DNA of 57,604 bases, filler included, from Sandaracinaceae bacterium (lineage in GTDB: Bacteria; Myxococcota_A; Polyangia; Polyangiales; JADJQN01), in the NCBI GenBank assembly GCA_947483975.1. It is 3 parts of 3 records of this genome, joined end to end, with 100 filler letters (N's around TTAATTAATTAA, not from the genome) between each part and the next. Parts side by side here need not be neighbours in the genome. Positions count along the whole stretch, not along the records: positions 1 to 19,212 come from CANKOL010000058.1; 2 more parts are not named here. One strand, 5' to 3'. The position numbers and the translations under genes were made by a program. The first letter of the stretch is position 1. Each line of letters starts with the position of its first letter. Positions 1 to 9,723 of this stretch are shown here, piece after piece. Under the pieces are notes generated by a model that saw only the letters and a list, made by a program, of their open reading frames with translations, was not told the DNA's origin and ran no database searches.

Positions 1-990
1 CCGGGCACCGGCGCGCGCGCGACGGGGCCCGGGCTCGCCGCCTATGCGCCCCCCGGCGCGCAGCTCGCGCTGCGCCTCGATCTCGTGCGCCTGAGGCAGT
101 CGCCGCTCGCCCAGGAGGTGCGCGCCGTGCTCGCCGCCGTGCCCGATTGGCAGGCGCTGCTCGATGGCTCGGGCATCGAGCCGCTCGATGATCTCGAGCG
201 CCTGCTGATCGCGTCCCCCAACTTGCAGCGTGACCGCCTCGTGATGAGCGGCCGCTACGTCGGCGATGAGACGAAGGTGCGCGAGGCCGTCGCGCGCATG
301 GCCGCGGCGCGCGGCGAGACCGTGCGCTGGCGCCGAGAGCGCGGCTTCGACGTCGCGCGCTGGCCCAACCCGGACACCACCGAGCGCGTGATCGCGCTGG
401 TCGGTCCGCAGTCCTTCACGATCACCCGCACGGAGGATCTGCCTCGCGTCATCGGCGTCGCGCGCGAGCGGCGCCGCGAGGCCGAGCGCGCCGCGCAAGC
501 CGCGGGTACGCCCGTGCCCGACGACGCCGAGGCGCTGCTCTCGATGGCCGAGGGCGAGGTGCTCAGCCTCGAGATCGAGGGCGCGCGCGCCTTCGTCCGC
601 GGGCCGGTCGACAACATCCCCGAGCGCGTCCGCGCGGCGGTGCGCGAGCTGCCGAACGCGCGGGTCGAGGTCGTCGCGGACGGCACGTTCGAGAGCGCCG
701 AGCAAGCGTCCGCAGGGCGCGACTTCTGGGACCGGATGCGCGCGAGCTACGCGCGCAACGCGCTGGTGTCGCTCGTCGGCTTGGGCAGCGCGCTCGACGA
801 GGCGACGCTGACGGTCGAGGGCGACACGCTGCACTTCCGCACGGAGCTGACGCTGCGACAGATCTCGATCGTGCTCCGCTACGCGCGCGGGATGTTCGAG
901 CGCCCGCGCGTGCCCCCGACCGGCGCGCCGCCGCCGGGCGCTCCACCGCGCCCCCCGGCGCCCCTCCGCGCACCCGCGAGGACGCCCTGA
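1..990 (+). CDS. Hypothetical protein, 5'-partial, Pro-rich C-terminus
   Basis: Frame of the ORF 85..990 is open back to base 1; host-like codon usage; no family recognised. Confidence 0.7.
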   Translation, partial: PGTGARATGPGLAAYAPPGAQLALRLDLVRLRQSPLAQEVRAVLAAVPDWQALLDGSGIEPLDDLERLLIASPNLQRDRLVMSGRYVGDETKVREAVARMAAARGETVRWRRERGFDVARWPNPDTTERVIALVGPQSFTITRTEDLPRVIGVARERRREAERAAQAAGTPVPDDAEALLSMAEGEVLSLEIEGARAFVRGPVDNIPERVRAAVRELPNARVEVVADGTFESAEQASAGRDFWDRMRASYARNALVSLVGLGSALDEATLTVEGDTLHFRTELTLRQISIVLRYARGMFERPRVPPTGAPPPGAPPRPPAPLRAPARTP

Positions 991-1835
991 CGAGCCCCAA
1001 CTCGCTCCTGCTGCTCGGCTTCGGCCAGGTGGGCGCCGCCGTGCTCGACGCGTCGCGCGCCCAGGGCGAACGTCGAACCCATGTGACGACGCGACACGCT
1101 GCGCGAGCCGACGAGCTGCGGCGCTCGCTCGGCGTCGGCGCGGTGGTGCTCGGCGACGATGACGCGGCCCGCAGCGCGACCGCCGCTGCGCTCTCCGCCG
1201 CGGTCGACTCGAACACGGACGTCGTCGTCTCGTTCCCCCCCGACGCGGCGAGCGACACGGCGTATGCGCACGCGCTCCGGGCCGTGCGGCGCGTCGTCTA
1301 CATCTCGTCGACTGGCGTGTTCGGAGCGCGCAGCGGCGCCGTCGATGACACGACCGAGGTCGACCGAAGCGACGCTCGCGCCGCGCGACGCCTCGAGGCC
1401 GAGGCGACCTGGCGCAGCATCGGCGCGACCGTGCTGCGGGCGCCGGCGATCTACAGCGTCGGCTCGGGGCTGCACCAGCGCCTCCTCGCCGGGACCTACC
1501 GTCTCCCCGACGACGGCGCGCGCCGCGTGTCGCGCATCCACGTCGACGACCTCGCCACGCTCGCGCTCGCCGCGCTCGAGCGGGCTGCGCCCGGCAGCAC
1601 CTATGTCGTCGGCGACCAAGCCCCCGCGCCTCAGCGCGAGGTCGTGGAGTGGCTCTGCGCGCGCCTCGCCCTGCCCCTACCGCCCGCGGCGCGCTCGGAC
1701 GAGCGAGCGGCGCCGCTGATCAGCGACCGCAGCATCGACGGCCGACGCGCGCTCCACGACCTCGGCGTCACGCTGCGCTACCCGAGCTACCGCGAAGGCT
1801 ACGAGGCCGTGCTCCGCGCGCGGCAGCGCGTGTAG
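987..1835 (+). CDS. NAD(P)-dependent epimerase/dehydratase (atypical SDR, YeeZ-like)
   Basis: LLLLGFGQVG Rossmann motif, YISSTGVFG, RxxAE, SRIHVDDLA and LRYPSYREG. The Gly motif starts before the GTG at 1029, so the start is placed at the in-frame CTG at 987 (uncertain). Confidence 0.85.
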   Translation: MTSPNSLLLLGFGQVGAAVLDASRAQGERRTHVTTRHAARADELRRSLGVGAVVLGDDDAARSATAAALSAAVDSNTDVVVSFPPDAASDTAYAHALRAVRRVVYISSTGVFGARSGAVDDTTEVDRSDARAARRLEAEATWRSIGATVLRAPAIYSVGSGLHQRLLAGTYRLPDDGARRVSRIHVDDLATLALAALERAAPGSTYVVGDQAPAPQREVVEWLCARLALPLPPAARSDERAAPLISDRSIDGRRALHDLGVTLRYPSYREGYEAVLRARQRV

Positions 1836-1868
1836 AATCGCGCGAGTCGAATTCGAAGGAGCCCGCCG

Positions 1869-2045
1869 ATGCCCGTATGCAAGGTCTGCGAGAACGACGT
1901 CGAGGCGCTCATCACCGTCAAGGTCGGCGGCAAGGCGAAGAAGCTCTGCGAGGACTGCGTCGACCGCGCGCGAGAAGAGGGCGAGGTCGCCGAGGCCGCA
2001 GAGGGCGTCATGCAGGGCATGATGGAGTACAAGGGTCGTCGGTAG
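1869..2045 (+). CDS. Small CxxC...CxxC protein (58 aa), putative zinc finger; absent from the ORF track
   Basis: MPVCKVCENDVEALITVKVGGKAKKLCEDCVDRAREEGEVAEAAEGVMQGMMEYKGRR; SD AAGGAG just upstream; strong GC3 bias; fills the intergenic gap. Confidence 0.85.
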   Translation: MPVCKVCENDVEALITVKVGGKAKKLCEDCVDRAREEGEVAEAAEGVMQGMMEYKGRR

Positions 2046-2106
2046 CCGCGGGCTGATGCCGCTCAACTTGGCGGGCCGCGCGCCGTCGTAAGGGGACACG
2101 AACATC

Positions 2107-3213
2107 ATGGACCGACTCAACACCGTCATTACCGCCGGAGTCGACGCCGAAGCGCCAGCGCTGAAGCAGCTCGTCGCAGAGCTCGGCTTGGAGCTGGTGC
2201 CGCTCGACGGAAGCTTCGCGGAGGCGCGCAAGCCATTCGAGGATGCCCCGCCGTTGTGCTTGCTCGTGGACTGCAACACGGCGAGCGGGCAAGAGGCCGC
2301 CCTCGGCATCCGCATGACCGCCGCGCTCGGCGACACCCCCGTGCTCGCGCTGATCGGCGCGCCGTGGTCCGACGAGCTCGCGGAGACGTTCGCGATGGGC
2401 GCCGACGACTACGTCCCCCGCGACCAGCTCGGCGCCCTGCGCGCGAAGCTCGCGGTGCTGCGCGCGCCGGGCACGCCCGCCGCGATGCACCGCACGGGCA
2501 CGGTCATCCTCGCGGACTCCGACCGCGAGCGGCGCGTCCACCTCGCGCGGCACTTGCGCGGTATGGGCCTCGTGGTCGAGTTCGCCGTCTCGGGCGAGGG
2601 GCTCCCTTCCGACACGACGGTGAAGCTCGTCGTCGCGCACTCCGACCTCCCGCCGGACGGCGCCGTCGGCAACCTCGACCGCTATCGCACCGGGCCCGGC
2701 GCGAAGATCCCGTGGGTCGTCGTCGGCCCGCGCTCGGAGATGGAGGCGGCGCGCGTCGCGTTCATCGATCGCCCGCGGGTCGCGTTCTTCGACCGCAACA
2801 GCGACGCGGCCGGCATCATCTTCACGGCCAACCAGGTCATGACCAGCGCCGCGCGCAGCATGCGCCGCAGCCACCGCCTGATCTACGAGACCGCCGTCAC
2901 GTTCCAGGTGGGGAGCACCGGTCCGCGCGAGTGGGGCATCACCTACAACCTCAACCGGGGCGGGCTCTTCGTCCGCACGCTCACGCCTCCGGCGCTCGGC
3001 GTCGAGGTGCAGCTCGAGCTCACGCCGCCGCACGGGCGCGGCCACGCGATCGTCGACACCCGCGTCGTGTGGCGGCAGGAGTACTCGGGCAGCAAGGGCT
3101 ATCCGCCGGGCTTCGGCGTCGAGTTCCTCGAGGTGCAGCCGCCGCCCGATCTCGCGGCGCTCCACGCGGGCTACACGCAACTCCTCGAAGACTGCGGCAA
3201 CCCCGAGGCCTGA
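2107..3213 (+). CDS. Tandem atypical receiver domains plus C-terminal PilZ (TIGR02266-like) protein
   Basis: GADDYV and TVILADSD receiver-like segments; PilZ motifs RRSHR, NLNRGGLFVRT, RVVW and GFGVEF. Confidence 0.8.
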   Translation: MDRLNTVITAGVDAEAPALKQLVAELGLELVPLDGSFAEARKPFEDAPPLCLLVDCNTASGQEAALGIRMTAALGDTPVLALIGAPWSDELAETFAMGADDYVPRDQLGALRAKLAVLRAPGTPAAMHRTGTVILADSDRERRVHLARHLRGMGLVVEFAVSGEGLPSDTTVKLVVAHSDLPPDGAVGNLDRYRTGPGAKIPWVVVGPRSEMEAARVAFIDRPRVAFFDRNSDAAGIIFTANQVMTSAARSMRRSHRLIYETAVTFQVGSTGPREWGITYNLNRGGLFVRTLTPPALGVEVQLELTPPHGRGHAIVDTRVVWRQEYSGSKGYPPGFGVEFLEVQPPPDLAALHAGYTQLLEDCGNPEA

Positions 3214-3280
3214 GCCCCGCCCGGCCTCAAGCCGGGGGCGCGACCGACGCGCGAGCCTTCACGGTCGCGCGCGGCGCACC

Positions 3281-3312
3281 AAAAGAAAAAGCCGCCCGGA
3301 GTACGGGCGGCT
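3281..3312 (-). terminator. Rho-independent terminator of hup
   Basis: Stem AGCCGCCCG/CGGGCGGCT with a 5-nt loop, followed on the minus strand by TTTTCTTTT, ~30 nt after the hup stop. Confidence 0.85.
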
Positions 3313-3344
3313 CTCTCCTCGCGGCGCAGAACGCGCCGTCGCGT

Positions 3345-3665
3345 TCACTTCGCGATGGCGTCCTTGAGCTTCTTGAGCGGGGTCGAGCGCAGCTTGCGCG
3401 ACGCCGGGACGTCGCGAACGACGACCTCGCCCGTCGCCGGGTTGCGGAACTTCTTGGCCTTCTGCGCCTTGGTGATGCGGACGCGGAGCTTGACGATGTC
3501 CGGGATCACGAACTCGCCCGGGCCCTTCTTGCCAAGCTCGCGCTTGAGAAGGTCGTTGAGCGACGCGAAGAGGGCGACGACGTCCTTCTTCGAAACGCCG
3601 GTCTTCTCGGCGAGCTCGCCGATGATCTGAGCCTTGGTCAAGCGCTTCGCTACTGCAGCAGCCAT
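3345..3665 (-). CDS. hup: HU family DNA-binding protein
   Basis: LTKAQIIGELAEKTGVSKKDV and RNPATGE motifs; basic 106 aa; SD GGAGG before the ATG at 3665. Confidence 0.92.
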   Translation of the reverse strand: MAAAVAKRLTKAQIIGELAEKTGVSKKDVVALFASLNDLLKRELGKKGPGEFVIPDIVKLRVRITKAQKAKKFRNPATGEVVVRDVPASRKLRSTPLKKLKDAIAK

Positions 3666-3929
3666 GATTGCCTCCATTGAGCCGCGGCGGCGGACGACGA
3701 GCCCAGCGAGTTGCTGAGCCGGGGTCGACCCCGTCGGGCGTGTGTGCGTTTGTTGGGAAACACTGCGTTGAACATCCGTTTAGCCAGTCCCACCGACCGA
3801 CTCCCCGGAACCAGCCATCGGAACTACGGCACCGCGCTCATCTCCCTCTTTTGCAAGGGTTCGAGTGCGATGGGGGCATCTATGCACGGGGTTTTTCATG
3901 CTGACAAGCGCATTCCGCGCGCCAGCACC

Positions 3930-4250
3930 CAAAAAACGCTGAAAAACGCGCAGCGCCCCCTCCTACGGTGGAAAAACGCCCCGTTCGCCCCAGGCGGCGG
4001 CGATCTGCGACGCGATCGCGCGACGTTTTCCACGGTCCGCTCCACGCGCCGCCGACAGACGGGGCAGTTGTCCACACCTTGTCCACAGCGCGGCCGTCGA
4101 GGAGGGCCAGCGCCCCTCCCCCACCTCGACCGCGGCCCGAGAACCAGCGTAACCAACGGAAATAAAAACGGAATCAAGCCAAGCCAAGCACTGGCCACCC
4201 GAGCGGCCACCGGCCAATGCACTTGCCGCTTGCGCAATTATCCACAGTCA
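3930..4250. promoter_or_regulatory. DnaA-box cluster in a relatively AT-rich intergenic region (possible oriC or DnaA-binding locus)
   Basis: TTATCCACA 4238-4246; TTGTCCACA at 4068-4076 and 4079-4087; TTTTCCACG 4026-4034; TTTTCCACC on the minus strand at 3967-3975; AAAAACGC at 3932, 3942 and 3972. Confidence 0.6.
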
Positions 4251-4294
4251 AAACCAACCCCGCGCGGCGGCGCCCTGGCCGGTGGGGGCGTCGC

Positions 4295-4759
4295 TTACGT
4301 GCGCGAGCGCTTGGTGCCGAGCGCCACGGCACGCAGCGCGTCGGTGCGCGCGGTCATGCGGCGCTCCTCCGTGCGGTCCCGGTGGTCGAAGCCGAGCAGG
4401 TGCAGCAGGCCGTGAGCGAGCAGCATCGTCACCTCGGCGTCGAGCGAGCGACCGTGCGTAGGGCCCTGACGAGCCGCGGTCTCGAGCGAGACGATCACAT
4501 CGCCTAGGAGACCGTGCGCGCCGTGCGCATGCTCTGCGCCCTCGCCCTCGCGCATCGCGAACGCGAGCACATCGGTGGGCTTGTCCTTGTGCCGATAGTC
4601 GCGGTTGAGCGCGTGAATCGTCGCGTCATCACAGAGGAGCACGGAGAGCTCCGCGCGCGGCAGGCGCAGCGCGACGAGCATCTGCTCCGCTTGCTTGCGG
4701 ACGCGCGCCGCCGGGATCGACGACCTGCCCGCGCCCTGCCAGCTCACGCTCACGGGCAT
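4295..4759 (-). CDS. ybeY: rRNA maturation endoribonuclease YbeY
   Basis: LNRDYRHKDKPTDVLAF, LGDVIVS and HGLLHLLGFDH motifs; start at the ATG of MPVSVSW. Confidence 0.95.
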   Translation of the reverse strand: MPVSVSWQGAGRSSIPAARVRKQAEQMLVALRLPRAELSVLLCDDATIHALNRDYRHKDKPTDVLAFAMREGEGAEHAHGAHGLLGDVIVSLETAARQGPTHGRSLDAEVTMLLAHGLLHLLGFDHRDRTEERRMTARTDALRAVALGTKRSRT

Positions 4760-4770
4760 CGCGGCGCGCC

Positions 4771-6468
4771 TCAGATCCGCTGCTGGATCATGCGTTCGAC
4801 GAAGGTCGCGTCGTACTGCCCGGCGCGGAACGCCTCGTGCCCGAGGACGCGGCGGACGAGCGGCGCGTTGGTCGCAAACGGCGCGACCACGGTCTCGGCG
4901 ATCACGCGGTCGAGCGAGAGCGCTGCTTGATGGCGCGTCGGCCCGAACGCGGTGATCTTCGCCACGAGCGCGTCGTAGCCCGGCACGACGTTGGAGCCCT
5001 GCGCGAGCCCCGTCTCGATGCGCGCCTTGCCCGCGCCGACGGGCGGAAAACGAAGCTCGGTCAGCGTGCCCTCTGGCGGCGCACCCGGCACATCCCACAC
5101 GAGGTGCGCCTCCATCGCGTGACCCGTCGGGCTCGCGGCGAGCACCTCGGCGGGCATGGGCTCGCCGGCCGCGATGCGAATCTGCATCTCGACGAGGTCG
5201 AGGCCCGTACACATCTCGTGGAGCGCGTGGTCCACCGAGAGGCCGACGGACAGGCCGATCGCGTGATAGCGGCCGTCCGCGTCGAGCAAGAAGCGCACGG
5301 TGGCCGAGCCGACGATGCGCGCCGCGCGCACGAGGCGGACCGCCGCCTCGTTGAGCGCCTCGCGGACGAAGTCGCCGTTCGCGAGCCCGTTGAGCGCGGC
5401 AGCGGGCGACTCCGACACGATGCGACGGAGCTTCCGCTGCACCGAGCACTCGCGGTCACCGATGGCGACGATCTCGGCGGCCCCGCGCTCGGCGGCCGCG
5501 CGCGCTGCGGTCTCAGCGGCGGCGCTGATGCCGACGGGCGCATCGTCGTGCGCGACTTCCGGCTCGCGCGCCTCGGGCTTCGAAGCGCTCGCCTTGGGCG
5601 ACGACGCGACGGCGGCCGGCCCCTCGACCGACGACGCGACGGCGTCTGCCCCCTCGACCGACGACGCCACAGCTTCAGGCGCGTCGACCGACGGCGCTGC
5701 CACGGCGTCCGGCGCTTCGACCGACGACGCGGCGTCGACGTCCGCCGCGGTGGGCGCCTCCGACGACGACGGCGCAGCGCTCGCGGCGCCTGGGGCAGAC
5801 ATCGGCACGGGCGGCCCGGCATCGGCGAGCACCTCGATCTCGACCACGCGCGGCCGCTCGATCGCGCGCTCGATGAACACGCGGCCCGGGCCTGCGTCGT
5901 CGCGGCCCGAAGCGCGCGCGCCCTCGAACGCCTCGTCGAGTTCGTCATCGTCGTCTGCGAAGCGCACTCCGTGCGCGTCCCGCGGGATCAGCGGCTTGAC
6001 GACCACGGGATAGCCGAGCGCCTCGGTCGCCTCGTATGCGGCGCGCAACGTCTCGATCGGACCCGTGCTCGCTGCGACGGCGCGCACCTCGACGCTCGCG
6101 CAGAGCGCATGCACGCGCGCACGATCGGCGGCGAGCTCGAGCGCCTCGGGCGAGGGGCCGATGAAGGTCATCCCCGCCGCGATCACGGCGCGGGCGAGCG
6201 CGACGTGGTGCACGGCGAGCCCGTAGCCCGGGTGCACGGCGTCGGCGCCACACTGCCGCGCGGCGGCGACGATGGCCTCGACGGATAGATAGGAGGACGC
6301 GAGGTCCGTCGACGGCAGGCGCACAGCCTCGTCGCACGCCTGCACGTGCACGGCGTCCGCGTCAGCGTCGGTATGCACGGCGACGGTCGTGACCCCGAGG
6401 CGCTTGCACGTTCGAGCGACCCGAGCCGCGACCTCACTCCGATTGGCGATCAAGATTTTCTCGAACAT
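4771..6468 (-). CDS. Biotin carboxylase (AccC)-like protein with degenerate catalytic motifs and a low-complexity insertion
   Basis: MFEKILIANRSEVA, HPGYG, FIGPS, CSVQR, TGLDLVEMQI and YDALVAK motifs; active-site positions are substituted (see findings). Confidence 0.85.
   Translation of the reverse strand: MFEKILIANRSEVAARVARTCKRLGVTTVAVHTDADADAVHVQACDEAVRLPSTDLASSYLSVEAIVAAARQCGADAVHPGYGLAVHHVALARAVIAAGMTFIGPSPEALELAADRARVHALCASVEVRAVAASTGPIETLRAAYEATEALGYPVVVKPLIPRDAHGVRFADDDDELDEAFEGARASGRDDAGPGRVFIERAIERPRVVEIEVLADAGPPVPMSAPGAASAAPSSSEAPTAADVDAASSVEAPDAVAAPSVDAPEAVASSVEGADAVASSVEGPAAVASSPKASASKPEAREPEVAHDDAPVGISAAAETAARAAAERGAAEIVAIGDRECSVQRKLRRIVSESPAAALNGLANGDFVREALNEAAVRLVRAARIVGSATVRFLLDADGRYHAIGLSVGLSVDHALHEMCTGLDLVEMQIRIAAGEPMPAEVLAASPTGHAMEAHLVWDVPGAPPEGTLTELRFPPVGAGKARIETGLAQGSNVVPGYDALVAKITAFGPTRHQAALSLDRVIAETVVAPFATNAPLVRRVLGHEAFRAGQYDATFVERMIQQRI
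5600..5740 (-). repeat. Imperfect 30-33 bp coding tandem repeat (AVASSVEGxx) inside the AccC-like insertion
   Basis: TCGACCGACG recurs at 5624, 5654, 5684 and 5717. Confidence 0.8.
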
Positions 6469-6581
6469 GCGGTGCGCGAGGATACGCGAGCGGCGAGTGC
6501 GAGGCGAGCGTCGTCGCGACGGTTCTCGACGCGAGCGGCGCGATTGCCGCCGTTGGGCGCGCATGCGATCCTGCTCACGCT

Positions 6582-7376
6582 TTGTCGACTACTGCTGAAA
6601 CGGACTTCGTCGAGGTGCGGCTGCTGCGCGAGGCGCTCGAGGGAGTCGTGGCGCGTCAGCTCGTGACGCCGATCCTCTTCGAGGCGCTCGAGCCCTACGG
6701 CAACCTGCTCCCGACGGGCGCGGAGGGGCTGCTCGACATGGTGCGCGGGCCGCTCGCCGACGTGGTCGCGCGGCGCATCGGTCGCGGCGAATCCGATCAG
6801 GTCGTGCGCCGTGCAGAGCAGCTGATCGCGCGCGCGACCGGTGGTCTCGACTCGACGCACCGGCACGTGCCGACGACGGGCGCGCGCGCGCCGAACGTCG
6901 CTCCGCTCTCGAGCGCCGCGCGCGCCGATCTCTCGACCGCTCCGCCGCCCGCGCCAGCGGCGAGAGAGCGAGACGCCACCGCGCTCGTGCCGACGACGCG
7001 AGACGCCGTCGCCGTCCTCATCGTCGCGGGGGGAAGCGGGCTCGGGCTGCGCCTGACGGCTGCGCTCGGCTCGCGCCGCGTGTCGCCCTTCGTGCTCGGC
7101 ACGCTCGCGGCGATCCGCGACTACCTCAGCGGCCACGGCGCGCCCAACATCCTCATCGTCGACGCGACGGACTTTCCGCCCATCGCGCCCGAGGACCTCA
7201 GCCTCGCGCTCCGACGCGGCCCGAGCACGATGGTGCGCGCCGTGTGGGGCGCGGACCTGCCCTATGGCCGGAGCCTGCTCGCCAGCATCGAAGGGGGCGA
7301 GCGCTCGGTGCTCTCGCTCGAGCGCGCCCACGGAGTCGACCCGCTGCTCGATCTGATCCGCTCCCGCAGGAGCTGA
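6582..7376 (+). CDS. Hypothetical protein with a C-terminal degenerate receiver-like domain
   Basis: Good codon bias; AVLIVAGG...PNILIVDATD...VRAVWG alternating beta/alpha pattern; start uncertain. Confidence 0.65.
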   Translation: MSTTAETDFVEVRLLREALEGVVARQLVTPILFEALEPYGNLLPTGAEGLLDMVRGPLADVVARRIGRGESDQVVRRAEQLIARATGGLDSTHRHVPTTGARAPNVAPLSSAARADLSTAPPPAPAARERDATALVPTTRDAVAVLIVAGGSGLGLRLTAALGSRRVSPFVLGTLAAIRDYLSGHGAPNILIVDATDFPPIAPEDLSLALRRGPSTMVRAVWGADLPYGRSLLASIEGGERSVLSLERAHGVDPLLDLIRSRRS

Positions 7377-7407
7377 CCGAGCAGCGGACTCAGGCCAACG
7401 CGCGCGC

Positions 7408-8741
<1,334 letters not shown>

Positions 8742-8765
8742 ACACGGTCGACGTCGACGCGGCGT

Positions 8766-9722
8766 TCAGCTCTCGAAGAACATCGGCGCGCGCTTCTTCA
8801 AGAAGAGATCGATCGCGGCGCGATCGTCCTCGTCGAGCCGCTGAAAACGCACGCCGACGCCGGGCGCGAGCTCGCCGTCGTGCGGGTCCCGAATCCAGGT
8901 GACGCGCCCCGAGACGATCACCTGCTTGCCGCCGGGGAGCACGAGCGAGAGCGTGAGCTCGGTGCCGACGGGCAGCAGATCGTACGTCGCGACGAAGAGC
9001 CCGCCGTCGGAGATGTCCTCGGCGAAGCCGACGAAGAAGTTCGTCTCGCTATGCAGCCCGATGTCGACGTCGAGCTCGACGCGGCGGGAGTAGCGACGGT
9101 TCGAGTCCGTCGGCGCGGGCGGCACGAATTCGATCGGGCGACGCGTGCGCTTCGGGAGCGCCTTGCGCGGCATCAGCAGGATCGCCTCGTGCTCGTCGCT
9201 CGAGTCGTCGCGGGGCGCGGCGTCCAACGCTGCCGCCTGCGCGAGCGCCTCGGCCGACTCTGCGCCGGGTCCGGCGCTCCAGGCGCTTTGCGCGCCGGCG
9301 ACGCGGGCGCGCTGCGCCTCGGCGGCGAGCGCGACGCGGTTCGCGCGGGCGACCTCGAGCGCCTGCGCGGCCGGGTACAGCATCGCGAGCGCGCGAGCGA
9401 TGCGCTCGCCCGCCGAGAGCAGCGACGAGTGCTGCGAGATCTCGCCCTGCACCGCGGAGAGCCCGAGCTGCAGGGCCTGCATCGCCTCGCTGATCGCGCG
9501 CGCGGCCGTGTCGATCGTCGCCGCCTCGAGCGAGTAGAGCGAGCGCACCGCGGCGCCGAGGTGCTCGAGCGACGCGTCCATCCCGGGCGTGATGACGAGC
9601 TCCGCCTCGAGCACCTCGCGGGCCTCTGCGAGGTCTGGACGCACGTGCCTCGCGGCCATCCGCCCGGCGTGGATCGCGGCGTTCTCTGCGTCGAATTCGC
9701 CGGGGCTGCGGTCTGAGTCCAT
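8766..9722 (-). CDS. TIGR02266-type PilZ domain protein with a helical N-terminal region
   Basis: RRYSRR, SETNFFVGFAEDISDGGLFVAT, GRVTWIR, GVGVRF and RAPMFF motifs. Confidence 0.88.
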   Translation of the reverse strand: MDSDRSPGEFDAENAAIHAGRMAARHVRPDLAEAREVLEAELVITPGMDASLEHLGAAVRSLYSLEAATIDTAARAISEAMQALQLGLSAVQGEISQHSSLLSAGERIARALAMLYPAAQALEVARANRVALAAEAQRARVAGAQSAWSAGPGAESAEALAQAAALDAAPRDDSSDEHEAILLMPRKALPKRTRRPIEFVPPAPTDSNRRYSRRVELDVDIGLHSETNFFVGFAEDISDGGLFVATYDLLPVGTELTLSLVLPGGKQVIVSGRVTWIRDPHDGELAPGVGVRFQRLDEDDRAAIDLFLKKRAPMFFES

Positions 9723-9723
9723 G

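Noticed and set aside
3678..3860. Possible riboswitch or ncRNA in the long hup leader
   Set aside because: Only short hairpins (e.g. CGGGGTCGACCCCG); no recognisable RNA family motif.
3711..4415. ORFs crossing the hup-ybeY intergenic region
   Set aside because: Atypical codon usage, no motifs and overlap with ybeY; the region reads better as regulatory DNA.
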